From Candidatus Eiseniibacteriota bacterium (GTDB lineage: Bacteria; Eisenbacteria; RBG-16-71-46): 32,240 nt of DNA. Below are positions 1 through 10,168 of this stretch, in pieces (position 1 is the first letter of the stretch; each line of letters starts with the position of its first letter). The notes under the pieces are model-generated. The model saw nothing but the letters and a program-made list of their open reading frames with translations, did no database searches and was not told the origin of the DNA. The translations under genes were made by a program, and so were the position numbers. The stretch is taken from positions 1 to 32,240 of the forward strand of contig JBGAOA010000047.1 in the NCBI GenBank assembly GCA_044222065.1. Reading direction: 5' to 3'.

Positions 1-43
1 GCTGGATCATCGGGGGTCGGCGCCGGCGGCGCGGCGCGCGCCG

Positions 44-1579
44 TCAGCGCGCGGCCGCGCTCGCGGGTTCGCTCGAGCCGAGGCCGTACAGCGGGCCGAA
101 CTTGCCCCACAGGTAGCGCAGGTACGGTTCGATCGTCAGTCCGCTGCCGGTCGCGCGGCGCACGAGGTCGTCGGGCTCGTACTTCGCGCCGTGGCGATAG
201 ACGTTCTCGACGAGCCAGCCCCGCAGCGTGCCGAACGAACCGCGCGCGACCTCGGACGGGATCGCCGGGTGCGCCGCGACCGCGCTCTCGAAGAACTGCG
301 CCGAGAGGATGTTGCCGAGCGTGTAGCCCTGGAACGCGCCGCCGATCGGCCCTGCGTACCAGTGGACGTCCTGCAGCACGCCGTCCTTGTCGTCCGGCAC
401 CGCGATGCCGATGTCGCGCCGGAAGCGCTCGCGCCACACCTCGGGCAGGTCCTTCACCGCGATCTTGCCGTCGAGCAGGTCGAGTTCGAGGTCGAAGCGC
501 AGCATGACGTGCAGGTTGTACGTGCACTCGTCGGCGTCGGTGCGGATGAGCGAACGTTCGACGCGGTTGATCGCGCGGTAGAACGTGTCGAGCGGCACGG
601 CCTGCAGCTGCTTCGGGAAGCGGCGCTGGAGCTGCGGGTAGAAGTGCTCCCAGAAGCCGCGGCTGCGGCCGACGAGGTTCTCCCACAGGCGCGACTGGCT
701 CTCGTGCACGCCCGACGAGGCGCCGTTCGCGAGCGGCGTGCCTTCGAACACGAAGGCGATGCCCTGCTCGTACATCGCGTGACCGGACTCGTGCAGCGTC
801 GAGAACAGCGCGTCGGTGAGGTCGTTCTCGCGCACGCGCGTCGTGATGCGCACGTCGCCGAGCGAGAACTTCGTCATGAACGGGTGATGCGTCTTGTCCT
901 GGCGGCCGCGCTCGAAGTCGTAGCCGTAGGCGCGGATCACGTCGAGGCCGAACGCCCACTGGTCGGCCTCGGGCGCGAACTGCCGCAGGCACGCGTCGTC
1001 GGCGGCGGGCCGCGCGGTGATCTCCTTCACGAGCGGCACGAGGCGCTCGCGCAGCGCGGCGAACAGCGTGCGGATCTCGGACGACTTCATGCCGGGGTCC
1101 GAGTAGTCGATCAGCGCGTCCATCGGATGCTCGCGCCCGGGGAAGAACCCGGCCCAGCGGCGCGAGAGCTCGAGCGTCTTCTCGAGCATCGGGCGCATGC
1201 GGGCGAAGTCGTTCGCGCCGCGCGCCTCGGTCCAGGACTGGTACGTCGCCGAGAAGTGCGCCTCGGACTCGGCGACGAACGAGGCCGGCACGCGCAGCGC
1301 GCGCTCGTACTCGCGGCGTGTGACGCGCACGATCGCCGCGTCGTCGGAGCCGGCCGGCAGCGAAGCGGCCCACGGCTCGAGCGTGTCGATCAGCCGTCCG
1401 ATCGAGGCGTCGGTGAAGCGCTCGTGCGCGAGCCGGCCGAGCAGCGCGAGCTGCCGGCCGCGCGCTTCGGCGCCGCCCGGGGGCATGTACGTGGTCTGGT
1501 CCCAGCGCAGCAGCGAGGCGGCCATGTTGAGGTCGTAGACCTCGGCCAGTGCGGTGCGCAGCTCGGCGAACTCTTTCAT
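44..1579 (-). CDS. Carboxypeptidase, M32 (Taq carboxypeptidase) family
   Basis: C-terminal part of the 44..2428 ORF, starting MKEFAELR. M32 motifs: LLRWDQ, HPF, RITTR, HESGH (HEXXH zinc site), [25 protein letters not shown]. The start may lie slightly upstream, inside the poly-G-damaged region. Confidence 0.93.
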   Translation of the reverse strand: MKEFAELRTALAEVYDLNMAASLLRWDQTTYMPPGGAEARGRQLALLGRLAHERFTDASIGRLIDTLEPWAASLPAGSDDAAIVRVTRREYERALRVPASFVAESEAHFSATYQSWTEARGANDFARMRPMLEKTLELSRRWAGFFPGREHPMDALIDYSDPGMKSSEIRTLFAALRERLVPLVKEITARPAADDACLRQFAPEADQWAFGLDVIRAYGYDFERGRQDKTHHPFMTKFSLGDVRITTRVRENDLTDALFSTLHESGHAMYEQGIAFVFEGTPLANGASSGVHESQSRLWENLVGRSRGFWEHFYPQLQRRFPKQLQAVPLDTFYRAINRVERSLIRTDADECTYNLHVMLRFDLELDLLDGKIAVKDLPEVWRERFRRDIGIAVPDDKDGVLQDVHWYAGPIGGAFQGYTLGNILSAQFFESAVAAHPAIPSEVARGSFGTLRGWLVENVYRHGAKYEPDDLVRRATGSGLTIEPYLRYLWGKFGPLYGLGSSEPASAAAR

Positions 1580-2293
1580 GTCGGGATCCGTGTGCGAGGG
1601 GTGGGGACGCGGGGGGGCGGGGGGGGGGGGGGGCCGGGCGGGGGGGGGGGCGGCCCGCGTGCCGGCGGCCTCGAGCGACTTCAGCACGTCCATGCCCTCG
1701 ACGACTTCGCCGAAGATCGTGTGCTTGCCGTCGAGCCAGGGCGTCGGGACGAACGTGAGGAAGAACTGGCTGCCGTCGGTGCCGGGGCCGGCGTTCGCCA
1801 TCGACAGCAGGCCCGGCTTGTCGTGCTTCACGCTCGGGCTGAACTCGCCGCCGAACTGGTATCCCGGGCCGCCGGTGCCGTTGCCGAGCGGATCGCCGCC
1901 CTGCGCCATGAAGCCCTTGATGACGCGGTGGAACTTGATGCCGTCGTAGAAGCCGAGCTGCGTCAGGTACATGAAGCTCGAGACGTGCATCGGGGCCACG
2001 TCGGGCAGGAAGCGGATGCGGATCGTGCCTTTGTTCGTGACCATGCGGCAGTAGTACTTCTTCGCCGCGTCGAACTTCAGCGCTTCCGGCTTCGTGAGCG
2101 ACGTGCGCCAGCCGGCGTTCTTCTTGTCCACCTTCGCGACCTGCGCGTTGAGCTGCTCCATGACGGGGTCCTTGGTCTCCTTGGGTCCTGCGACCTTCAC
2201 GGCGGGCTTGGCCTCGGTGGCCGCCGCGCCGGCGAGGGCCGGCGCGAGCGCGAGCGCGACGACGGCGCACGCGAGCGTTCGACGACGAATCAT
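1580..2293 (-). CDS. Secreted cyclophilin-type peptidyl-prolyl cis-trans isomerase (3' end obscured by poly-G tract)
   Basis: ATG at 2293 with GGAG RBS and an Ala-rich signal peptide. Motifs [45 protein letters not shown]. The native stop is not visible because the frame reads through the G-run into the M32 gene. Confidence 0.88.
1598..1653 (+). repeat. Low-complexity poly-G tract (runs of 15 and 11 G)
   Basis: Direct reading: GGGGTGGGGACGCGGGGGGGCG(15)CCGGGCG(11)CGG. Nothing similar occurs elsewhere in the window. Confidence 0.9.
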
Positions 2294-2537
2294 GAGCGGA
2301 GTCTCCGTGGTGTGGTTCGCGACGGCGCGGTCCGCGCCGGAGCGTCGGAATCGTTCGGCCGGATTCGACGAACGCGGAACCGTAGCATCGGCGCGGCCCG
2401 GGCGCGAGGGCGGGGGCGCGCCGCGCACGCCGCTCCGGACGCGGCGCCGGGCGCTCGAAAGTGGCGGGCCGAGCGGCCGCGCGGCTAGATTCCGCGCTCG
2501 CCCGTCGCACCTCCAACGCCCGCCCCGGGAGGCCGCT

Positions 2538-3353
2538 CTGCCGTTCGATCGTCATCATCATTACGAGGCCGCGGTCCAGGGGGTCGAATACGACCTCGAC
2601 TTCATCGAACGCGTCCACCGCCTGCGTCACGGCCGCCCGCCGGTCCGCATCCGCGAGGACTTCTGCGGCACCGCGGCGCTCGCGGTCGCGTGGGCGCTGC
2701 GCCGCCGCCGCAACCTCGCCTGGGGCGTGGACCTCGATCGCGAAGTGCTCGAGTGGGCGGCCGAGCACCGGCTCGCGCGCGTTCCGGATCACGTGCGCGA
2801 GCGCGTGCGGCTCGCGCGCCGCGACGTGCGGCGTCCGCGAGGGCCCCGCGTCGAGGTCGTCGTCGCGCTCAACTTCTCGTACTGGGTGTTCAAGCGGCGC
2901 GCCGACCTGCTGCGCTACTTCGAGTCGGTCCGGCGCTCGCTCGCTCCGGGCGGGCTCCTCGTGATGAACGCGTTCGGCGGCACCGAGGCGATGGGTCCGC
3001 TCGTCGAGACTTCGCGCATCCCCGCCCAGCAGACCGTCGACGGCGAGCGCCTGCAGGGCTTCACGTACGTGTGGGAGCACGAGTCGTTCAACCCCGTGAA
3101 CCACGACTTCCGCTGCGCGATCCACTTCCGGCTGAAGAACGGCCGCACGATGCGCCGGCAGTTCGTGTACGACTGGCGCTTCTGGACGCTCGCCGAACTG
3201 AACGACGTGCTGCTCGAGGCGGGCTTCCGCGGCATGGACGTCTACGTGGAGGGCTGGGACGAGCGCCGCCACCGGCCGAACGGCCGCCACACGCTGAAGC
3301 GCGAGTTCGAGACGCGCGAGGGCTGGCTCGCGTACCTCGTCGCGCGGGCGTGA
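2538..3353 (+). CDS. Class I SAM-dependent methyltransferase
   Basis: Motif I-like IREDFCGTA, motif II-like [24 protein letters not shown]. The probable start is CTG at 2538, just after GGAGG. The upstream part of the 2094 ORF overlaps the PPIase gene on the other strand. Confidence 0.8.
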   Translation: MPFDRHHHYEAAVQGVEYDLDFIERVHRLRHGRPPVRIREDFCGTAALAVAWALRRRRNLAWGVDLDREVLEWAAEHRLARVPDHVRERVRLARRDVRRPRGPRVEVVVALNFSYWVFKRRADLLRYFESVRRSLAPGGLLVMNAFGGTEAMGPLVETSRIPAQQTVDGERLQGFTYVWEHESFNPVNHDFRCAIHFRLKNGRTMRRQFVYDWRFWTLAELNDVLLEAGFRGMDVYVEGWDERRHRPNGRHTLKREFETREGWLAYLVARA

Positions 3354-3367
3354 GGGGAGGGACGACG

Positions 3368-4150
3368 GTGAACGCGAATCGACTCGGATGGCTCCTGGCG
3401 CTCGCGCTCGCCGCCCTGCCGGCCGCGGCCGGCGCGCGCGAGTTCTCGCCGCTCACGCGCTCGGACTCGATGGGCGTCGAGCGGCGCGGCGACGCGCGCG
3501 GGATGCGCGCCTACTGGCTCGGCTTCCTCGCGCGCGGACCGCGCGCGTCGGAGCCGCGGACGCCGCACGTGGACACGCTCATGTCGCAGCACCTCGCGAA
3601 CCTCGGACTGATGTGGGAGGCGGGCGCGCTCGTCGCCGCGGGGCCGTTCCTCGACGGCGAGGACGTGCGCGGCGTGTGCGTGTTCGTGTGCGACTCGGCC
3701 GAGGCGGCGGCGCGCGTGGCGTTCGACCCGGCGGTGCGCGAGGGCCGGCTGCGGCTCGAGTTGCACCCGTGGTACGGGCCCGCGGGCATCGGCGCCGAGT
3801 ACCGCGCGCGCCACGCCGCGAACCCGAAGGCGCCGGACAGCATGACGACGCTCGCGTTCGGCTTCCTCGAGCGCGGGCCCCGGTGGAACCGCACGCCGAA
3901 CGCCGAGGAGCGCGCGCTCCAGGACGCGCACCTCGCGCACCTCGGCTCGCTCGCCGCGTCCGGCAAGCTGCGCATCGCCGGGCCGCTCGCCGACGACGGA
4001 CCGCTCGCCGGCATCCTGGTGTTCGATGTTCCGCTCGAGGAGGCGCGATCGCTCGCCGCCTCGGATCCCAAGGTGAAGTACGGATGGCTCACGCTGCGCG
4101 TGCGGCCGTGGATGTGCGCCCACGGGACGCTGCCGCCGCGCGCGCCCTGA
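3368..4150 (+). CDS. Secreted protein with two tandem YciI/YCII-like domains
   Basis: GTG start after GGAGG, then a signal peptide (LLALALAALPAAAGA). Two repeats of H-L-x-x-L...AGP[F/L]...DP[A/K]V...PW. Confidence 0.75.
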   Translation: MNANRLGWLLALALAALPAAAGAREFSPLTRSDSMGVERRGDARGMRAYWLGFLARGPRASEPRTPHVDTLMSQHLANLGLMWEAGALVAAGPFLDGEDVRGVCVFVCDSAEAAARVAFDPAVREGRLRLELHPWYGPAGIGAEYRARHAANPKAPDSMTTLAFGFLERGPRWNRTPNAEERALQDAHLAHLGSLAASGKLRIAGPLADDGPLAGILVFDVPLEEARSLAASDPKVKYGWLTLRVRPWMCAHGTLPPRAP

Positions 4151-4157
4151 GGGCGCC

Positions 4158-6572
4158 ATGAAGACCCTGCTTCGTCTCGTCGCCGTGCTCGTCGCGCTCG
4201 TCGTCGTCGCCGCGCTCGCCTCCGTGTTGTGGCTGCGCGGCTCGCTGCCGCCCGCGGGTGAATCGCGCGAGGCGGACGGCCTCGCGGCCGAGGTCGCGGT
4301 CGAGTACGACGCCGCGGGCGTGCCGACGATCCGCGCCGCGCACGACGCCGACCTGTGCTTCGCGCAGGGCTGGGCGCACGCGCGCGACCGCCGCTTCCAG
4401 ATGGAGCTGCTCGTGCGCAGCGCGGGCGGCCGGCTGAGCGAGGTCGTCGGACGCGCGGCGCTGCCGAGCGACCGCACGATGCGCACGTTCGGCTTCGAGG
4501 CGGTCGCGGAGTCGGGGCTCGCGGCGATGCCGCCGGACCGGCGCGCGCTCTACGAGGCCTACGCGCGCGGCGTGCGCGCGTACGACGCGACGCATCCGTC
4601 CCCGCCCGAGTTCGGCGCGCTCGGCCTCGCGCGCGGCGCGTGGCGCGCCGAGGACTGCCTGCTCGTGCTGCTCGCGATGTACCACGACCTGCAGGACACG
4701 GGGGACTCCGAACGCGGCGTCGAGTGCATGGACGCCGCGCTGCCGAAGGCGCTCGTGGACTTCCTCACGCCGACGGCGACGACGCTCGACGTCGTGCTCG
4801 CGCCCGGCGCCGATCCCGCTCCGGCGCCGATCCCGGGCCCCGAGGTCGTGAACCTGCGCGGCGCCGGCGCGGCCGCGCCCGCGGCGACGATCGTGCCGCG
4901 CGGCCGGCGTCCCGCGGCGCTCGCGTGGATGCGCGGCGAGGGCGTGGACGGCGAGGCGCCGGACCTCGGCAGCAACAACTGGGTGCTCGCCCCGTCGCGC
5001 ACGTCCACGGGCTCCGCGATCGTCGCGAACGACCCGCACCTGGGCTTGCGCGTGCCGAACATCTGGCACCGCCAGCGCCACGCCGCGGCGGGCCTCGAGC
5101 TGACGGGCGTCACGCTGCCCGGCTACCCGGGCGTCGTGATCGGCGCGAACGGTTTCATCGCGTGGGGGCTCACGAACGCCGAGTGCGACGCGGCGGACCT
5201 CGTGCGGCTCGCCGTCGCGGACGCCGACACGAGCGCGTGGGCCGGGCCTTCGGGCCCCGAGCCGTTCCGCGTGCGCACCGAAGTCATCGGCGTGAAGGGC
5301 GCTCCGGCCGAGACGCTGCGCGTGCGCGACACGCGCTTCGGCCCCGTCGTCGGCGCGTCGCTGCGCGGCGGCCTGCTCGCGCTGCAGTGGGTCGCGCTCG
5401 ATCCGCGCTCGATGGACATCGATCCGCTCGAGTTCTCGCGCTCGCGCTCGGTCGCCGAGTTCCTCGCGCGCCAGCACGGCTTCCGCGGGCCGAACCAGAA
5501 CTTCGTGGTCGCCGACCGCGACGGGCACATCGCGTGGCGCGAGAGCGGCTGGGTGCCGCGCCGCGCCGGCTTCGATCCGCGCCGCCCGCGCGACGGCGCG
5601 GACGGCGGCGCGCGCTGGGTCGGGCTCGTGGACGCGGACTCCATGCCCGCCGTCGTGGACCCGCCGCAGGGCTTCCTCGTCACCGCGAACCAGCGCGTCG
5701 CGGGCGGAGCGGCGCGCGCGCTGCTCGGCGACGGTCAGGCGATGCCGTTCCGCGCGCGCCGCATCGCCGACGCGCTCGCCGCGCGCTCGGACTGGGACGC
5801 CGCGAAGACGGCGGCGCTCCAGAACGACATCGTGGACTCGGTGCTCTTCGGACTCACGCGCGCCGCCCTCGCGCGCGCGCTGACCGACGAGGCGTGCGCC
5901 TCCGACTCGGTGCTCGCGCGCGTGCGCGCGGTGCTCGCGCGCGACGGCGGCCGCGCCGACACCGGCTCGGTCGCGCACGCGTACCTGCGCTTCGCGCGCG
6001 TCGCGCTCAACGACTTCGCGACCGACGCGCTCGTCGCGCCGTGCCGCGCGCGCGACTCGTCGTTCGTCTACGACTGGACGCTCAAGGACGAGGTGACGCG
6101 CCGGCTCCTCGATTCGCGGCCGCTCCACCTGCTGCCCCCCGCCTACGACGACTGGGACGCGCTCGTGCGCGCCGCGGCGCGCGACGCCGCGCGCCGGCTC
6201 GAGGAGCGCGCGGGCGGGCGGCCGTTCGACACGGTGACGTGGGGTTCGATCAACCGCGCGCGCATCCACCATCCGCTCGGCGACGCCGTGCCCGCGCTCG
6301 GCCGCTGGCTCGACATGCCGGCCGCGCAGCTCGCCGGCGGCAGCGCCGTCGTGCGCGTCGCGAGCCCGCGCAGCGGCGCCTCGATGCGCTTCGTCGCCGA
6401 CCTCGGCGATCCGGCGCGCAGCCTGTTCTCGATGCCCGGCGGCCAGAGCGGCCACTTCCTCTCGAATCACTACGGCGACGGCTTCGCGGACTGGGTCGCG
6501 GGACGCACGACCGCGTTCGTGCCCGGCGCCGCCGTCTCGACCGTGCGTCTCCAACCGCGGCGCGCGCGCTGA
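4158..6572 (+). CDS. Penicillin acylase family Ntn-hydrolase (peptidase S45), N-terminal membrane anchor
   Basis: GVPTI, AQGWAHARDRRFQM, GSNNW (autoprocessing Ser nucleophile), ANDPHL, IAWGLTN, TANQ, PGGQSG. Confidence 0.92.
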   Translation: MKTLLRLVAVLVALVVVAALASVLWLRGSLPPAGESREADGLAAEVAVEYDAAGVPTIRAAHDADLCFAQGWAHARDRRFQMELLVRSAGGRLSEVVGRAALPSDRTMRTFGFEAVAESGLAAMPPDRRALYEAYARGVRAYDATHPSPPEFGALGLARGAWRAEDCLLVLLAMYHDLQDTGDSERGVECMDAALPKALVDFLTPTATTLDVVLAPGADPAPAPIPGPEVVNLRGAGAAAPAATIVPRGRRPAALAWMRGEGVDGEAPDLGSNNWVLAPSRTSTGSAIVANDPHLGLRVPNIWHRQRHAAAGLELTGVTLPGYPGVVIGANGFIAWGLTNAECDAADLVRLAVADADTSAWAGPSGPEPFRVRTEVIGVKGAPAETLRVRDTRFGPVVGASLRGGLLALQWVALDPRSMDIDPLEFSRSRSVAEFLARQHGFRGPNQNFVVADRDGHIAWRESGWVPRRAGFDPRRPRDGADGGARWVGLVDADSMPAVVDPPQGFLVTANQRVAGGAARALLGDGQAMPFRARRIADALAARSDWDAAKTAALQNDIVDSVLFGLTRAALARALTDEACASDSVLARVRAVLARDGGRADTGSVAHAYLRFARVALNDFATDALVAPCRARDSSFVYDWTLKDEVTRRLLDSRPLHLLPPAYDDWDALVRAAARDAARRLEERAGGRPFDTVTWGSINRARIHHPLGDAVPALGRWLDMPAAQLAGGSAVVRVASPRSGASMRFVADLGDPARSLFSMPGGQSGHFLSNHYGDGFADWVAGRTTAFVPGAAVSTVRLQPRRAR

Positions 6573-6592
6573 GCGCGACCGCAGGAGTTCCG

Positions 6593-8656
6593 ATGAGCGA
6601 TCCCACCGCGACGACGGCCCCGGCGCCGATCGGCGACGACACGCTGCTGCGGTTCGTGTGGCTCGGCGATCCGCGCATTTCCCCCGACGGCTCGCGCGTC
6701 GCGTTCGTGCGCGTCGCCGTGAACCGCGACGAGGACGCGTACGAGACGCAGCTGTGGATCGCCTCGACCGCGGGCGGCGATCCGCGGCCGCTCACGAGCG
6801 GCACGCGCGATTCGCAGCCGCGCTGGTCGCCCGACGGCACGCGGCTCGCGTTCGTGCGCGCCGCCGAGCCGAAGAAGCCGGGTCAGATCTGGGTGCTGCC
6901 GATGGACGGCGGCGAGGCGCGGCCCGTGACGTCGCTCGCGAAGGGCGCGTCGTCGCCCGCCTGGTCGCCGGACGGCGCGCGGCTCGCGTTCCTGTCCGAC
7001 ACGAATCCGGCGCTCGACACGCCCGAGGCCGAGGCCGCGAAACCGAAGAACGAACCCGCGCGCGTCGTCACGCGGCCCGTGTTCCGCGAGAACAACGTCG
7101 GCTTCCACGACTTCGACCGCCCGTCGCACGTGTGGGTCGTTCCGGCCGCGGGCGGGGACGCGCGCGCGCTCACGAACGGGCGCTTCAACGAAGGCGCGCC
7201 GCAGTGGTCGCGCGACGGGCGGCGCGTGCTGTTCACGTCGGACCGGCGTCTCGAGCCGTGGTTCGGGCCGGAGCACTCGGTCGTCTACGCCGTCGCCGCC
7301 GACCTCGAGTCGCCCACGGACGGCGCGGCGCTCGAGCCGGTGCTCGACGTGTCGGGGCCGGTCGCGGACTTCCGCGAGGGCCCGGACGGGAAGATCGCCG
7401 CGATCGGTTACACGGCGCGCGAGCCGATGTCCTCCTACCAGCAGTCGGACCTGCTGCTCGGCGAGGGCGCGCGTCCCGTGACGATCGTGACGCACGTGAA
7501 CCCCGGCGGCCGCTACGCGGTCGGCGAGGGCACGAACGGCGACCAGCACCCGCCGCGCGCGGGCGGCGGCGTCGCGCTCGAGTGGAGCGCGGACGGGCGT
7601 GCGGTGTTCGCCGGAGCCGCGCGCGAGGGCGCCGCGATGCTCGTGCGCTTCGAGGCCGCGAGCGGCGAGGCGCGCGAACTCACGCCCGCCGACCGCGACG
7701 TCGTCGCGGCGTCGTGCACGCCGGGCGGCGAGCGCTGGGCGCTCGTGATCGGCAGCGTCGCGACGCCGGGCGACCTCTACGTGCTCGACGCCGCGGGCGG
7801 CCTGCGCAAGTTGTGGGGTCCGAACGACGCGCTGCTCGCCGCCCACACGCTCGGCGAGGTCGAGACGATGTGGTTCGAGGGCTTCGACGGCCGCCGCGTG
7901 CAGGGCTGGATCGTCAAGCCGCCGGGCTTCGATCCGGCGCGGAAATACCCCGCGATCCTCGAGATCCACGGCGGTCCGCACACCGCGTACGGCTACGGCT
8001 TCTTCCACGAGTTCCACCACCTCGCGAGCGCGGGCTACGTCGTGCTGTACACGAACCCGCGCGGCAGCACGAGCTACGGCGAGGCGTTCGCGAACGTCAT
8101 CCAGTACGAATTCGGCGTGGACGACGGAAAGGACCTGCAGGTCGCCGTAGAGAAGCTCGTCGAACGCGGCTACGTCGACCCGAAGCGCATCGGCGTCACG
8201 GGCGGGAGCTACGGCGGCTACATGACGAACTGGCTCGTCGCGCTCGACGACCGCTTCGCGGCCGCGGTCACGCAGCGCTGCGTGTCCGACTGGCGCGGCA
8301 TGTACGACAGCTGCGACTTCTCGATGTACGTGCCGTTCTGGATGCCGCGCCCCCCGTTCGAGGACGACCGTCCGTGGATCGAGCGCTCGCCGATCTCGAA
8401 GGTGACGAACATCCGCACGCCGCTGATGATCGTGCACAGCGAGGAGGATTGGCGCACGCCGATCGCGCAGGGCGAATCGATGTTCCGCGCGCTCAAGCAC
8501 CTGAAGCGGCCGGTCGTGATGGTGCGCTTCCCGGGCGAGAACCACGAATTGTCGCGCAGCGGGACGCCGTCGAGGCGCGTGCAGGCCCAGCGCCACATCC
8601 GCGGCTGGTTCGACCGCTGGCTCAACGGCGCCGACAAGCCGGAGTACGGCGTCTAG
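6593..8656 (+). CDS. S9 family serine peptidase (acylaminoacyl/dipeptidyl peptidase-like) with PD40 beta-propeller
   Basis: ATG at 6593 after GGAG. Repeated WSPDG motifs, IHGGPH, NPRGS, GGSYGG nucleophile, Asp in EEDWR, His in ENHEL. Confidence 0.93.
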   Translation: MSDPTATTAPAPIGDDTLLRFVWLGDPRISPDGSRVAFVRVAVNRDEDAYETQLWIASTAGGDPRPLTSGTRDSQPRWSPDGTRLAFVRAAEPKKPGQIWVLPMDGGEARPVTSLAKGASSPAWSPDGARLAFLSDTNPALDTPEAEAAKPKNEPARVVTRPVFRENNVGFHDFDRPSHVWVVPAAGGDARALTNGRFNEGAPQWSRDGRRVLFTSDRRLEPWFGPEHSVVYAVAADLESPTDGAALEPVLDVSGPVADFREGPDGKIAAIGYTAREPMSSYQQSDLLLGEGARPVTIVTHVNPGGRYAVGEGTNGDQHPPRAGGGVALEWSADGRAVFAGAAREGAAMLVRFEAASGEARELTPADRDVVAASCTPGGERWALVIGSVATPGDLYVLDAAGGLRKLWGPNDALLAAHTLGEVETMWFEGFDGRRVQGWIVKPPGFDPARKYPAILEIHGGPHTAYGYGFFHEFHHLASAGYVVLYTNPRGSTSYGEAFANVIQYEFGVDDGKDLQVAVEKLVERGYVDPKRIGVTGGSYGGYMTNWLVALDDRFAAAVTQRCVSDWRGMYDSCDFSMYVPFWMPRPPFEDDRPWIERSPISKVTNIRTPLMIVHSEEDWRTPIAQGESMFRALKHLKRPVVMVRFPGENHELSRSGTPSRRVQAQRHIRGWFDRWLNGADKPEYGV

Positions 8657-8679
8657 TCCCCGGCGGTTCGGCGAGGTCG

Positions 8680-8709
8680 AACGCGGCGCGCGCGAACGCG
8701 CGCCGCGTT
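8680..8709. terminator. Perfect 13-bp hairpin after the S9 gene (possible terminator or stability element)
   Basis: AACGCGGCGCGCG-CGAA-CGCGCGCCGCGTT, with no long U-tract. Confidence 0.45.
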
Positions 8710-8827
8710 GGCGCGCCGGGCGTGACATTCGCCGCGCGATGCCGGAGACTCCGCGCCCTTCGTCGCTCCGTCGCGTGCTCGAAGGTCGCGCGACCCCTCC
8801 ACGCAACCGGTGGGCCGCGAGGACCCC

Positions 8828-9886
8828 ATGGCGCAGCCGCTGTCCCGTTACGCGGGCGGTCGAGACAACAACTTCAACCTGATCCGCTTCATCGCGGCGG
8901 CGCTCGTGCTCGTGAGTCACTCGTTCCCGCTCACGGGCGATCCGAACGAACCGCTCGAGCGCTTCGCCGGCTTCTCGCTCGGCCACCTCGGCGTGGACGT
9001 GTTCTTCGCGATCAGCGGTTACCTCGTGACGGGGAGCCTGCTCTCGAAGCGCGACCTGCGCGGCTTCCTGCGCGCGCGCTCGCGGCGGATCTTCCCGGCG
9101 CTCGCGGCGAACGCGCTGCTCGTCGCGACCGTCGTGGGCGCGCTGCACACGACGCTGCGGCCCGCCGAGTACTTCACGCGCCTCGGGACGTGGCGCTACG
9201 CGCTCCTGAACGCGACGACCTGGCCGTGGGGCGTCGAGTACGCGCTGCCCGGCGTGTTCGAGAACGTGCCCGTGCGCGGCGTCGTGAACGGCTCGCTGTG
9301 GTCGCTGCCGTGGGAGCTGTCGCTCTACGCGATGCTCGCCGTGTTCGGCGCGCTCGCGCTGCGCGCGCGGCCGTGGGTCGATCGCGCGCGGCTGCCCGCC
9401 GTGTTCCTCGCGATCGCGATCGCGGCGACCCTCGCGCACGCGGCGAACCAGGCGCTCGAGCTGACCACGAGCTTCGCGGTGAGCCAGGGCGTGCGGCTGC
9501 TCGCGCTGTTCGCGAGCGGCGCCGCGTACTTCGAGTACCGCGACCGGGTGCCGCTCTCGGCCCGGTGGTTCGTCGCGTCGCTGCTGCTGTTCTTCGCCTC
9601 GCTCGCGCTCGGGGGCTGGGCGCAGGCGTTCTACGTGCTGTCGCTGCCGTACGCGATCTTGTGGCTCGCGTACCGACCCGCCGGGCCGGTGCGCGCGTGG
9701 AACCGTCTCGGCGACTATTCCTACGGGCTCTACCTGTGGGCGTTCCCGATCCAGCAGTGCGTCGCCGCGCGCGTGCCCGGCGTCTCGCAGTCCGCGATGG
9801 TCGGCATCGCGCTGCCCGCGGCGCTCGCGTTCGCGGTCGCCTCGTGGCACTGGCTCGAGTCGCCGTTCCTCGGACGCAAGGGCTAG
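8828..9886 (+). CDS. Acyltransferase family 3 (OafA-like membrane O-acyltransferase)
   Basis: RDNNFNLIRFIAAALVLVSH, GVDVFFAISGYL, RSRRIFP, VNGSLWSLPWE, GDYSYGLYL, SWHWLE, and many TM segments. Confidence 0.9.
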   Translation: MAQPLSRYAGGRDNNFNLIRFIAAALVLVSHSFPLTGDPNEPLERFAGFSLGHLGVDVFFAISGYLVTGSLLSKRDLRGFLRARSRRIFPALAANALLVATVVGALHTTLRPAEYFTRLGTWRYALLNATTWPWGVEYALPGVFENVPVRGVVNGSLWSLPWELSLYAMLAVFGALALRARPWVDRARLPAVFLAIAIAATLAHAANQALELTTSFAVSQGVRLLALFASGAAYFEYRDRVPLSARWFVASLLLFFASLALGGWAQAFYVLSLPYAILWLAYRPAGPVRAWNRLGDYSYGLYLWAFPIQQCVAARVPGVSQSAMVGIALPAALAFAVASWHWLESPFLGRKG

Positions 9887-9949
9887 ACGCCGTTCGAAGT
9901 CCCGAGGACCGGACCCGCCTCCGGCGGGCGCCCGCACTTCGCGCGGCGC

Positions 9950-10168
9950 TCAGCCGCGCGGCGATTCGCCGGAACGGCGCGCGGGCGGCTCGATCGTGAC
10001 GAGCGGCGTCGCGCGCGGCGCGGGCCGCGCGCCCGCGATCGGTGAGCCGACGGGGCAGTCCGGACACGCGCCGCCGCGCTTCGCGCGCAGGCGACGCCGC
10101 ACGAGCCAGCCGAGCGCGGCGAGCGCCGCCGCGAGCGCGAGCCCGTCCTGGAGGTCGAACGCGCTCAC
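9950..10168 (-). CDS. Small FeoB-associated Cys-rich membrane protein (72 aa)
   Basis: GTG start overlaps the feoB stop (GTGA). One TM helix, a basic stretch, then GGACPDCP. Confidence 0.65.
   Translation of the reverse strand: MSAFDLQDGLALAAALAALGWLVRRRLRAKRGGACPDCPVGSPIAGARPAPRATPLVTIEPPARRSGESPRG

Noticed and set aside
4355..8656. 1433-aa ORF suggesting a giant peptidase
   Set aside because: Only the part from ATG 6593 (with RBS) is S9-like. The rest is an off-frame read of the acylase gene.
2296..8754. Shared 12-mer CGGAGACTCCGC upstream of the PPIase (minus strand) and in the 8657-8827 intergenic region
   Set aside because: It is a short GC-rich palindrome with only two copies, and one coincides with an RBS, so chance cannot be excluded.
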